DNA of 64,000 nt, from the sequence record OQ417966.1; one strand, 5' to 3'. A program made the translations under genes and the position numbers. The notes under the pieces were generated by a model. The model worked only from the letters and a program-made list of their open reading frames with translations. It searched no databases and was not told the DNA's origin. The DNA comes from Mycobacterium phage prophiT36-1. Shown here piece by piece: positions 38,020 to 46,652 of this stretch. Each line of letters opens with the position of its first letter. The first letter of the stretch is position 1.

Positions 38020-39825
38020 ATGACGGCTGAGCCAGCACCGCTCGGCGAAGGCATCGCCGAGCACTTCGGGTTTGCTATTGCGGGGGTCAGAGTCGGTGAT
38101 GGTGAGATGCTCGACTTGCCTGGAGCGGGGAGCGTCATAGCTGTTGTGGGGGCGAACAATGCCGGAAAGTCCACGTTCCTACGTCAATTGCAGGAGATCT
38201 TGGCGTGGCACGGACTCACCAAGGAAATGACGCCCCGCGTTGTTACGGAAATCGCGGAGCCATGGGTTGGTTCGGTCGAAGATTTCACCGCGTGGCTGAT
38301 CGCTAACGCCCAGATTGACGAGCACACGGGTCTAAGGAATGTGACCCGCAACGGCACTCACCCGCAAATACCGTTGCAGAACACTGCCTCGATCCGGAAC
38401 CAACCCACACCTGGCGCTGTCCTGCACTGGTTTGTCGGCAATCATCAGCCAGGCGACCGGCAACACGCCTGTTCGATGTCAGGTAGAGCTGACCCGGCAG
38501 GATTACCCCCACAGACACCCATGCAGGCCCTGTTCGCAGACATACCGAAACGCAAAAAGGTGATTGACCTCGCTGCCCGCTTGTTCGGCGTTCAACTGCA
38601 CTTCGATACCGTCAGTGCGTCTATCGGCTTCCGTATCGGCAAACCCGACTTGCCGGCGCCAAACGTTAACGAGATAGACGCTCAGTATGCTCGCGCGGTT
38701 GGAAAACTGCCACCTCTGATCGAACAAGGTGACGGCATCAAGTCAGCGCTCGGCCTCTTGATCCCTCTGATTACCAACGCGAACCCGCTGTCGATCGTGG
38801 ACGAACCCGAGGCCTTCCTCCACCCACCGCAGGCAGAGCTTCTCGGCTTCGAGATAGGGAAAATTGCTCGGGACAACAGATCCCAGGTTGTCCTCGCGAC
38901 TCACGACAAGAATCTTCTGCAGGGGATCGCGAGGAGTGGAGCCCCCGTATCGATTATTCACTTACAGCGAGCTGGAGACACCACGACGGCTATTCGTCTC
39001 GGGGCCGAAGATATCGAAGACCTCTGGAAAGATGTGACCCTTCGGTATGGCAATGCGCTCGACAGCCTATTTCATCGCGCGGTCGTCATCACCGAAGGTG
39101 ATCGGGATTCGCACTTTTTTCGTGCGGCGATTGATGCGGTTCATGAGGGCATACACCCGCAGCCTCCCGCACACAACCTGATGTTTCTAAGCAGCTATGG
39201 CAAGCAGAACATGGCGCACATCGTCGAACGTCTTCGAAAGCTGGGCGTACGGGTCGTCACATCTCCCGACCTCGACATTCTCAACAACGAAACGCTGCTG
39301 CGCCGGCTCGTTGTTGCCCACGGCGGCGACTGGAACTCGATCATGCAGCTTTACAAGCAGGCAACGAACGAATTCCTCGGTCCTGCAAAGCCTCCCACGA
39401 TCGACGACGTACGCACAAAGATTGATGACGCCCTGAGTAAATCGACCGATGGCGTCTTGGACAGGCCTTTAGCTCAGGCGCTAGCTGTGGCCGTTGCGCT
39501 CCCAACAACAAACTGGGGCAAGCTAAAAGAGGCCGGCACCCGGGCATTTAATGCAGACAAGAAATCGGCGACTGAACTTCTGGATGCTCTGGACGCGATC
39601 GGCATCGTTGCCGTCAAGGTCGGGGAGCTGGAAAAGTTTGTAACAAACGCTAACCCGCCAAAAGGCCCCGAGTTCCTCCCTGTCGCCTTCGCTGCGGGAG
39701 CGCACATCGCGCCGGAGGCAGGGGAACATGCAAATCGGCTATTGATAGCAGCCGGAATCACGGTTCCAGAGACGCGCCCTGTTCACGATCAATGCTTGCC
39801 CGCATGCGCCCAGACCTCAGGCTGA
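38020..39825 (+). CDS. OLD-family nuclease (overcoming lysogenization defect; P2 Old-like, class 1 architecture): N-terminal ABC ATPase plus C-terminal Toprim domain, 601 aa.
   Basis: Strong SD gaggggg. Walker A VVGANNAGKSTFL. OLD/ABC Walker B signature LSIVDEPEAFLHPPQ. H-loop VVLATHD. Toprim glutamate AVVITEGDRDSHFF. Toprim DxD VVTSPDLDILN. This order and spacing are diagnostic of OLD-family ATPase-Toprim proteins. Confidence 0.8.
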   Translation: MTAEPAPLGEGIAEHFGFAIAGVRVGDGEMLDLPGAGSVIAVVGANNAGKSTFLRQLQEILAWHGLTKEMTPRVVTEIAEPWVGSVEDFTAWLIANAQIDEHTGLRNVTRNGTHPQIPLQNTASIRNQPTPGAVLHWFVGNHQPGDRQHACSMSGRADPAGLPPQTPMQALFADIPKRKKVIDLAARLFGVQLHFDTVSASIGFRIGKPDLPAPNVNEIDAQYARAVGKLPPLIEQGDGIKSALGLLIPLITNANPLSIVDEPEAFLHPPQAELLGFEIGKIARDNRSQVVLATHDKNLLQGIARSGAPVSIIHLQRAGDTTTAIRLGAEDIEDLWKDVTLRYGNALDSLFHRAVVITEGDRDSHFFRAAIDAVHEGIHPQPPAHNLMFLSSYGKQNMAHIVERLRKLGVRVVTSPDLDILNNETLLRRLVVAHGGDWNSIMQLYKQATNEFLGPAKPPTIDDVRTKIDDALSKSTDGVLDRPLAQALAVAVALPTTNWGKLKEAGTRAFNADKKSATELLDALDAIGIVAVKVGELEKFVTNANPPKGPEFLPVAFAAGAHIAPEAGEHANRLLIAAGITVPETRPVHDQCLPACAQTSG

Positions 39826-40244
39826 TACGACCGCGACGCCGGCTACTGACCTTGCGGACGTGCTCAATACAAGTGCTCAGTTGCGCGCGGAGCTAATCTG
39901 CAGTTGGGTCAGGTATGTACTCGATTGTCGCTTATGGTGGTTGGCGAGTGGTATTGAATCGTGGGGGACAGGGTTATCTTTAGGCATGTACTTGTCGGTG
40001 TATATGGCTGGTGCTAACGGATTTCAGCGCTGTGAATGTTTTATTCGGCCGAGCATCTCAGCCTTCGGGGCAAGCGATCAGTTTCTCCACGGCTGCTGGT
40101 CGAACCTCGACATGGATTCGTCTGAGGCCTGCAACAGGTGGCACTAACCCGACCTCTATCCATGCGGATACTTAATCGACATCCGCGAGAGCGGCACCCT
40201 GTTCGCGCGACCCCAACTGGCGTTCCTACCCAGCTACGGGCATA

Positions 40245-41039
40245 TTGCTGCCAAATCTGTTGGTAAACACCAGTTTACGGCTTTCGCCGTATACACCAAT
40301 TCTCGTGCGAAGAGACGCATCTGAAGCGCTCCCAGCCTCTCCGGTCGCAGGAAAGAAAATACTCTGGCCGATACGTGGTTCGATTATGCCCATGCATGGT
40401 TTCCCTTTGGCCCCAGGCTCTTTGGGCTACAAGCGCTGCCACCTCACCGTCGGGGGAGAGTTTCGACTGTCACAGACTGATTGTTGCGATGCCGGCCAAG
40501 ACGAGTTGTTCGGCGTCCTCGACGACCGATCAGCTGTGGTGTTCATCCACCCAAACGCGCTTCCCGCTGCGCCACCTGACGGCGTACCGCCGTTCGCGGT
40601 CGACTTCCTGCTGGACACCACTCGCGCGGCCTACCTGTTAGTGCATAACGGCATTCGTGCGCGGTTTCCGAATACCCATTTCATACTCAGCCACGGCGGG
40701 GGCTTCGTGCCTTACGCCTCCCACCGGATGGCATTCTCGCTCGAATTGGAAACCGGTAACCCCGCTGAGGAGATGCTGGCATTGTTGTCGAGCTTCTATT
40801 TCGACACGGCCGTGACGTCCAGCCCTGCATCCTTGCCGAGCCTGCTGGCCTTCGCCGACTCCGGCCATGTCGTCTACGGATCGGATTGGCCCTTCCTACC
40901 TGCCGACGCCGCTAGGAGGTTCACCGGTAATCTGGGTCGTTACCTTGGATTAGATGATCGGGCCCGCGCCGCAATCGATCGCGGCAACGCCGAAAAGATC
41001 TGGGGAACACCGCCGCCAACCCGTGACGAGGTCGGCTAG
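40245..41039 (+). pseudogene. Amidohydrolase-2 (PF04909-like metal-dependent hydrolase) gene fragment, 5'-truncated; it lacks the N-terminal HxH metal-binding motif.
   Basis: Contains family signatures VVFIHPN, FILSHGGG and VVYGSDWPF only in the last ~165 aa of the ORF. The first ~100 aa of the ORF have no HxH and look non-homologous. Preceded by a 420-bp lower-GC non-coding stretch. Confidence 0.5.
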
Positions 41040-41612
41040 TCGGCGGGCAGGCGCTGTGGCCGACAAGGATCGGGCCAACAAGCAACCGCCAACATCAGGG
41101 CGCTCTCAGAGTATCGCGATCGCGCCATCCACCTGTACAACGCCCAGGGTCTTGGCGCGCGTTCGTGCTGGTCGTAGCTTCCGTCGGGATGGATGAGAGG
41201 TCAGGCGCACCCCAAGCCGATCAGCACTCGATTGCCGTTGTTCGCCGGTATTCTGGGGTAGGTTGCGGCGTCCGTATTCCGTCTGGCTGATTCATGAAAA
41301 CCCGCTTGCTTGCATCAGGTTTTGAAGATTGAGACGAACCGCCGAGGGACCGAGCAGAGGCTGCTGAACTACTAGGTGCTGCCCCCCGGTGAATTCGCCC
41401 GTCGACCGGTTGACTGTCAGCGCCCGGTGCGCCTTCCCCGAGCAATAGACATCCAGAGCAGCGGAGCCGAGTTAGCGCTTGTAGTGGCAAGCAATTACCC
41501 CTTCAGAATCGAACTCTGAGCGAGCTATGTTTGCGAGCCAGCACCGAACGCCGCTCGACCGCGATCGGCACATAGTGCCCGGCCATCGGCCGGGCTGCGA
41601 GATGATTGATCT

Positions 41613-41963
41613 ATGCGGTACATCAAGCGAACCAACACTGTGGAACTGACGGCTCGAAACGTCACCGCGCTGCTCGCCAAGCTCGACGACAGACTTTCCG
41701 CTCGTACACTGATTTCACCTGACGACGACTTCGTCGTGCGAGCCATAGAGAACAACGTCAGCCTCGACAGTGCCGAGCCGCCAAAGGCGGTCCCTGTCCA
41801 TACAACGGTGACGCTTACCCGCGACGACCTGTGGTACCTGACCACGCCGGGCGCGACGCTTACCCACGGCGCATTTACGTTGCGGTCTGTTACGGACGAA
41901 GCGCACTACAGCGATCGCGCCCCTGGAGCTGTCTACATGCCCGAGTCCGGGGTTCAGTGGTAG
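41613..41963 (+). CDS. Hypothetical protein, 116 aa.
   Basis: ORF in a lower-GC accessory region; no motif. Confidence 0.3.
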   Translation: MRYIKRTNTVELTARNVTALLAKLDDRLSARTLISPDDDFVVRAIENNVSLDSAEPPKAVPVHTTVTLTRDDLWYLTTPGATLTHGAFTLRSVTDEAHYSDRAPGAVYMPESGVQW

Positions 41964-42116
41964 CAAATACCGTATGACGACGACCGTCCCACGAGCTCCG
42001 GAAGGGCACTCCCCTCCCGCCGCGAGGCTGCGAGCAGCCGCACCATACATCGCGGGTGTTGACCAAACCAGTTGGTGAACTCGAGCTAGTAGCAACCCAG
42101 GTCCCGACAGACGATC

Positions 42117-43721
42117 GTGCTGTCGGCGCCAGCAGGCACACTGAGTGTCGTGGGCACAGATCTGGAGGTCTATAGGCGCGGGGCCCCATGGACACCGCAA
42201 GAGATCACTGAGCTCATCGAGCGCATCCGCGCAGGGTCAGGCCGCACCGACATCGCGCGCACCCATGGCCGCACACCCGGGGCCCTCGACGCGGTAGCCT
42301 GGCGCCTCCTGTCAGCAGACCACAGACCTGAAAAGAAGACCCGCCAGGCAGTGGAGTTGCTACGTGCCGAGATCAACGACATCTCCGCAGGGGCAGAGAC
42401 GGATTGGTGGGCGCGCTATCTCCAAGGCCGCAAGATAGCCAACGCCGCGAAACCCGCAAGAACCAGGTCTCCCCAGGCGCCCAAAACGACTGCGACACCG
42501 AAAACCCCCAAACCGCTTCTGCCACTACCGGAGTGTGTGCAAACGTTCGCCGAGCAGCCAGCAATTGACTGGACGCAGCCAGGGACGGAAAGCGAACTTG
42601 GCCTACTGATCGTTCAAGTCGTCAACGAGATCGTGGACCCACGGAACCGATACATCATGGCCCGGCGACTCGGATTGATCGACGGATCAAATACTTTGGA
42701 ATCCATCGGCGAAACACTGAACCTAACCCGCGAACGGGTCCGCCAACTACAAAACACCGCGATCACACAGGTCCAGCACGACGCACACCGCCTCGGATCG
42801 GCCGCCGCAACGCTCGCAGTGGTCTTCAACTTCCTCGATAAGGACCCCACCGCAATCGAGGCACTGGCCCAATCCTTGTTGACCGCCGCACAAGAGCTAT
42901 TCAGCTGCCAACCGACCTGGCTTATCAAATCCGTCAGCCGCATGGGCGGGCGCACACCACGACAGGCTGACGAGATCGCCGCGGCAGCTGCGGCGATCCG
43001 TGACGCCGAACGTCGGCGCGGACGCGAACTTGCCCATGAACAACGGCAGATCCTCACCTGCGATCGCATCGTCGACAAATGGATTCACGCAGCCACCTGG
43101 CCCCCGCACCTGAAACACGCCGATTCCGAGCGCAGCACACAACGGCGCCGAATGCCAACGCCCTCAGGAATTGCCTCCGTCGGCTCTTTCGATTCCGAAA
43201 AGAACGGCACCGTTGTCCATTTCGAATCCCTACTTGAAGAATCCGTGTTCATCACCGCCGAAGGCAGCGACAAGATCCTCACCTATCAAGAGCAGCCCTG
43301 CCAGATCGCATACATCGGGGAGGACGGGCAATCACACACGTACTACCCTGACCTACTCCTGACGCTCAACGATGGCCGCATGCTGCTAGCCGAGGTCAAG
43401 CCACTTTGGCAGATGGCATTGACCACTAATCGCATCAAATGCGAAGCAGCGCAACGCTATGCGGCACAAACTGGATGGGGATGGGTATCGGTTGGCTCCA
43501 GCGGCCAAGCCTACCGAGACCTTGAACAACGAGATATCAGTGACTTGACGCGCGCATCGCTTACCGCGGCGCTCAACGAAGGCCCGGTGTCCTGGGCGCA
43601 CTTGCAGGAGCTACGAACTCAGGCGCCAATCACAGCGATGGACGTCGCGGCATTCGCCGTGCAAGAAAACATAGGGCTTGAACTGTTTCCATATCGCCTG
43701 TACCACGTCAACGACGTGTGA
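42117..43721 (+). CDS. DNA-binding protein with a sigma-70 region-4-like HTH and a C-terminal TnsA/PD-(D/E)xK endonuclease-like domain, 534 aa.
   Basis: RNRYIMARRLGLIDGSNTLESIGETLNLTRERVRQLQNTAI resembles the sigma-70 region 4 HTH. C-terminal YYPDLLLTLNDGRMLLAEVKPLWQ fits PD ... E-V-K. The Pro/Lys/Thr-rich linker is low-complexity. Confidence 0.45.
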   Translation: MLSAPAGTLSVVGTDLEVYRRGAPWTPQEITELIERIRAGSGRTDIARTHGRTPGALDAVAWRLLSADHRPEKKTRQAVELLRAEINDISAGAETDWWARYLQGRKIANAAKPARTRSPQAPKTTATPKTPKPLLPLPECVQTFAEQPAIDWTQPGTESELGLLIVQVVNEIVDPRNRYIMARRLGLIDGSNTLESIGETLNLTRERVRQLQNTAITQVQHDAHRLGSAAATLAVVFNFLDKDPTAIEALAQSLLTAAQELFSCQPTWLIKSVSRMGGRTPRQADEIAAAAAAIRDAERRRGRELAHEQRQILTCDRIVDKWIHAATWPPHLKHADSERSTQRRRMPTPSGIASVGSFDSEKNGTVVHFESLLEESVFITAEGSDKILTYQEQPCQIAYIGEDGQSHTYYPDLLLTLNDGRMLLAEVKPLWQMALTTNRIKCEAAQRYAAQTGWGWVSVGSSGQAYRDLEQRDISDLTRASLTAALNEGPVSWAHLQELRTQAPITAMDVAAFAVQENIGLELFPYRLYHVNDV

Positions 43722-44117
43722 CCGACGTTCGCCGTCAACCGTTGCGGGAATGCGCCCCGTGAGATGAGTATTCGCCCATCGGCGGCCGCCCATGGGCACT
43801 CGTATGGATACATACACGATGGGTACTCACCCAAACAGGTACCCAGCTGCGCGGGCGACGCGAGCCGGCGTGCCATCTCGGATTCCTAGCTAATCCAATG
43901 CTTGGGCTGTTTCTGCGCACATGTCACACATATACTGATCGCCACGTAGCTGCAGGTTACGCATCGGTTCGGTACTAAGCCCGCCTGTGACGCTCGATAT
44001 AGCAAACATAGAGATCTCGCAGACGCCTGGACATAACCCAGTTTATTCTGTCATGATTCTCGCATCAGCTGCACCCACACGCGGTGTACAGCAAGTATCG
44101 GGAGGGGCAAGCTGCGC

Positions 44118-45305
44118 ATGATTATGAGTGATCTTTGGCGCATGTCGACGGGTTTGCGTAGAGCTTCGGCGGTGGTCGCCGGTGTGGCGCTAGCCTTCGG
44201 TGGAGCGAAGGTGACCAGCGACCACACCGTGCCTGGCAGCGGGTTTTCGACACTCCAGACAGCCGCTGCGGATCCGACCGGTCCCACGGGTGGCCCTGGC
44301 GGGGGGCCGGGTGGGATGAATGGATCCCAGTTCCAGCCCCCAGGCTTGCCGCCGCAGATGCCTGACTATCAGGGCGGTATCAACCAGCCGCCGTTAGATC
44401 AGAATTCTGGTATCAGCATCTACAACACGGGATCGCCAGGAGCACAGCAAGTTCCATCGCAGCAAGGTGCACAACAGTCTCAACAGGGGCAGCAGCCTGC
44501 GCACGGAACCCAAATCCCTGATTATCAAACAGCAACCCCATACACTCAGGGTCCCGGTACGGAGAATCCGGATTACCAAGCACCACAACAGAATTCTCCC
44601 CAGCAGGACCATCAGCAAAATAATGCTCCCACGCAGACTCAGCAGCCCAGTCAAAAAGACCAGCAGGACCGCGAACTGCAACAGCAATGTCAGCAACAGG
44701 CTCAGTATTACGGTCTTGCTGAACAGATGGCCAGCTTTATCGCGTCGGCAATGGGTGGTGCCGGGAGCCTCTTCGGGCAACCCAGTCGCCAGTGGGGGCC
44801 TGCCTTTGAATGCAGTTGCGCACCTGAGCAGGGTGGCCCCCATAAGCAATCACCTGGCGACGATGAAACAAGTCAGCCGTGCGTACCAACCGATGGCATT
44901 CCAAAAAGGATCGTGGGCGCGGATTACACCTACAATTTGGCCACACAACAACTATCCTGGTTAGGCACTTTCCCAGGTTTGATGCCGTTCTCGGGAACCG
45001 TAAGTGTGGCTCCCGGCGCCTCAGTTTTCATACCGGGCAACGCCCAATGGACAAGCGCGACTTTGACAATCTGCCAAGCGCCCTCCGAAGGCCCTAGCGG
45101 TCGCAATCCAGCGCAAGATAAGCTCCTAACCAAGGGAGACATCAAGAAGTTGGAGGACGCCGGATTTGACGTTCACGAGCTTAAAGGCGGTAAGAACGCC
45201 TCGAAGTTCGATCTGTACAAGGACCGAGAGGGAAATATCTACGTGAAGCCAAAAGGCGGGCGTGGCGAGGGCGATCCGCTAGGGATAAATATCAATGACA
45301 TCTGA
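44118..45305 (+). CDS. Secreted Pro/Gln-rich protein with an N-terminal twin-arginine-like signal peptide and a compact C-terminal toxin-like domain, 395 aa.
   Basis: N-terminus MSTGLRRASAVVAGVALAFGGAKV (RR followed by a hydrophobic core and A-x-A). Long P/Q/G low-complexity middle. Distinct C-terminal domain ending GGKNASKFDLYKDREGNIYVKPKGGRGEGDPLGININDI. Followed by a small overlapping gene. Confidence 0.4.
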   Translation: MIMSDLWRMSTGLRRASAVVAGVALAFGGAKVTSDHTVPGSGFSTLQTAAADPTGPTGGPGGGPGGMNGSQFQPPGLPPQMPDYQGGINQPPLDQNSGISIYNTGSPGAQQVPSQQGAQQSQQGQQPAHGTQIPDYQTATPYTQGPGTENPDYQAPQQNSPQQDHQQNNAPTQTQQPSQKDQQDRELQQQCQQQAQYYGLAEQMASFIASAMGGAGSLFGQPSRQWGPAFECSCAPEQGGPHKQSPGDDETSQPCVPTDGIPKRIVGADYTYNLATQQLSWLGTFPGLMPFSGTVSVAPGASVFIPGNAQWTSATLTICQAPSEGPSGRNPAQDKLLTKGDIKKLEDAGFDVHELKGGKNASKFDLYKDREGNIYVKPKGGRGEGDPLGININDI

Positions 45306-45705
45306 GCTCGATCCTTCCAGTATTCCCGTTATCAGAACGCTGCTGAACATTACGGGCTTGTTTGACCCCGACACATTTACAGCTGCAGTTTTACTGACGC
45401 CAACACGGACTGTGCGTGCAGGAGAAGCGCGCTCTCCACAACTCGCCTTCACTGAAGACGCCTGGAAAATTGACCTCGGCAAGCACGAGGCCGTCCACTT
45501 AGAGAGCGAAATGGATCGGCTACTCGCCCTGCTTTTACCAGTGGGTGAGAGATTCCGCGAAACTGTGGCAGCGATGGGCCTCAGCGCCGAAGTAGCATTT
45601 CAGTGCAGTGCGGACGCGGGATACTATCCTTCAATATCTTTGCGCCATGACCAGATAAAGCAGCTAGCTGCCCTTGGGCTTTCGCTCGATATTGACATTA
45701 TCTAG
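45295..45705 (+). CDS. Small cytoplasmic protein, 136 aa, overlapping the end of the toxin-like gene; immunity-protein candidate.
   Basis: 11-nt overlap with the upstream gene (translational coupling). No signal peptide. Confidence 0.3.
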   Translation: MTSELDPSSIPVIRTLLNITGLFDPDTFTAAVLLTPTRTVRAGEARSPQLAFTEDAWKIDLGKHEAVHLESEMDRLLALLLPVGERFRETVAAMGLSAEVAFQCSADAGYYPSISLRHDQIKQLAALGLSLDIDII

Positions 45706-45755
45706 ATAGCAGACCGGAATTACGGCTGCTACCGATTATATTCATTCGAGGGGAT

Positions 45756-46322
45756 ATGAAGATTCGAATTCTCGTAATTGCGGCGTGTGCCGTAGCCTTA
45801 ACGGCGTGTGGGCAATTAGAAAAACCAACACCTGCCGATCCTGCATCGCCGTCAACTCGTGAGTCGACGGACTTCAATAACATCCCCGGACAGTTCCCTT
45901 CGCCGGCGACACTGACCACGAACGGGCAGGCTGAAGCGCCAGTCGGAGGCTGCGTGAATCTGAGCGGACCCGCAGTCAACGCCTTACTCACACTCGTTGA
46001 TTGTGGCTCGCCACAACATACGTACCGGATCGTGCAGCGCGTCAACGTTCCCCAGGAATGCGGTGATATTGACCGTTCGTACTACCACAATTCCCAGGCC
46101 ACTGGCCAGTACACCGCGTGCCTCGACTTAGCCTGGGATGCCAGCGCCTGCATCAGCCTGGCCCAGCCTGTAGCGAAAGTCTCCTGCACCGATCCGAACG
46201 CGCCCCGCAAGATCAAACCAACAAAGATTGTCCTCGATTCAACGACCCTCGATAGCTGCCCTGACGGAGGATATCCGCACCCGGTACGCAAATTCACCGT
46301 CTGTACCGAAACCCAGGACTAA
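45756..46322 (+). CDS. Lipoprotein, 188 aa, Cys-rich mature domain.
   Basis: Signal peptide plus lipobox LVIAACAVALTACGQ (L-T-A-C). Multiple conserved Cys in the mature part. Confidence 0.55.
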   Translation: MKIRILVIAACAVALTACGQLEKPTPADPASPSTRESTDFNNIPGQFPSPATLTTNGQAEAPVGGCVNLSGPAVNALLTLVDCGSPQHTYRIVQRVNVPQECGDIDRSYYHNSQATGQYTACLDLAWDASACISLAQPVAKVSCTDPNAPRKIKPTKIVLDSTTLDSCPDGGYPHPVRKFTVCTETQD

Positions 46323-46652
46323 GCGGTGGTGTCCTGGGGCGTCCAGGCGCAGGTGGATGCGGTAGTTCGCTTTCGTTGAGGCGCTGTGCGCCTGGTTGTC
46401 GTAGAGGTTGTGGCCGATGCTGCGGACGGCGTGTGTTCTGGTGATCAAGCCCAGAGCACGTAGTAACCGGAGGTAGTGCGGCGCCGATGATTGCTCCGTG
46501 CCTACAGCTTCTGCGAGGTCACTGACCGGGTGCGGCAAGCCGTATGGGGCGAGTCGGGGAGCGGCACATTCAGCGGTACGGACAAATCTCTCGGCGGCGT
46601 GATCGGCATATTCGAGTGGTAACTCCGGTGACGGCTGGTTGCTGCGATTGGC

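Larger units (their letters stand above)
24741..41232 (+). repeat. Copy 1 of a direct repeat at least 16.5 kb long. This is the minimum extent, limited by the window end of copy 2. It is a candidate recombinase-trio mobile element with defence cargo, or half of a 22.8-kb tandem duplication.
   Basis: Identity with 47509-64000 at a constant offset of 22,768. It starts exactly at 24741/47509, where the bases immediately to the left differ (a vs g). All ten ORF translations are identical in both copies. Confidence 0.9.

Noticed and set aside
30989-39825. Gabija system (GajA OLD-like nuclease plus GajB helicase)
   Set aside because: The helicase is SF2 ResIII-like (PTGTGKT/DEGH/TATP), not UvrD-like SF1. 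It also lies 3.5 kb upstream of the OLD gene, separated by three genes and on the far side of a convergent regulator. The OLD protein is therefore better treated as a class-1-type solo nuclease or as part of a different arrangement.
43722-44117. Searched the larger intergenic regions and the repeat boundaries (24600-24780, 41040-41620, 43722-44117, 47285-47545) for tRNA or tmRNA genes as integration targets
   Set aside because: I found no T-loop GGTTCGA(A/G)TCC-type motif or cloverleaf-compatible inverted repeats. No RNA gene is claimed.
46239-46538. 99-aa minus-strand ORF overlapping the 3' end of the lipoprotein gene, with a vaguely HTH-like segment (YLRLLRALGLITRT)
   Set aside because: It overlaps a well-supported gene on the opposite strand. 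No start signal was seen. It may be a degraded fragment of an older mobile-element gene, but support is insufficient.
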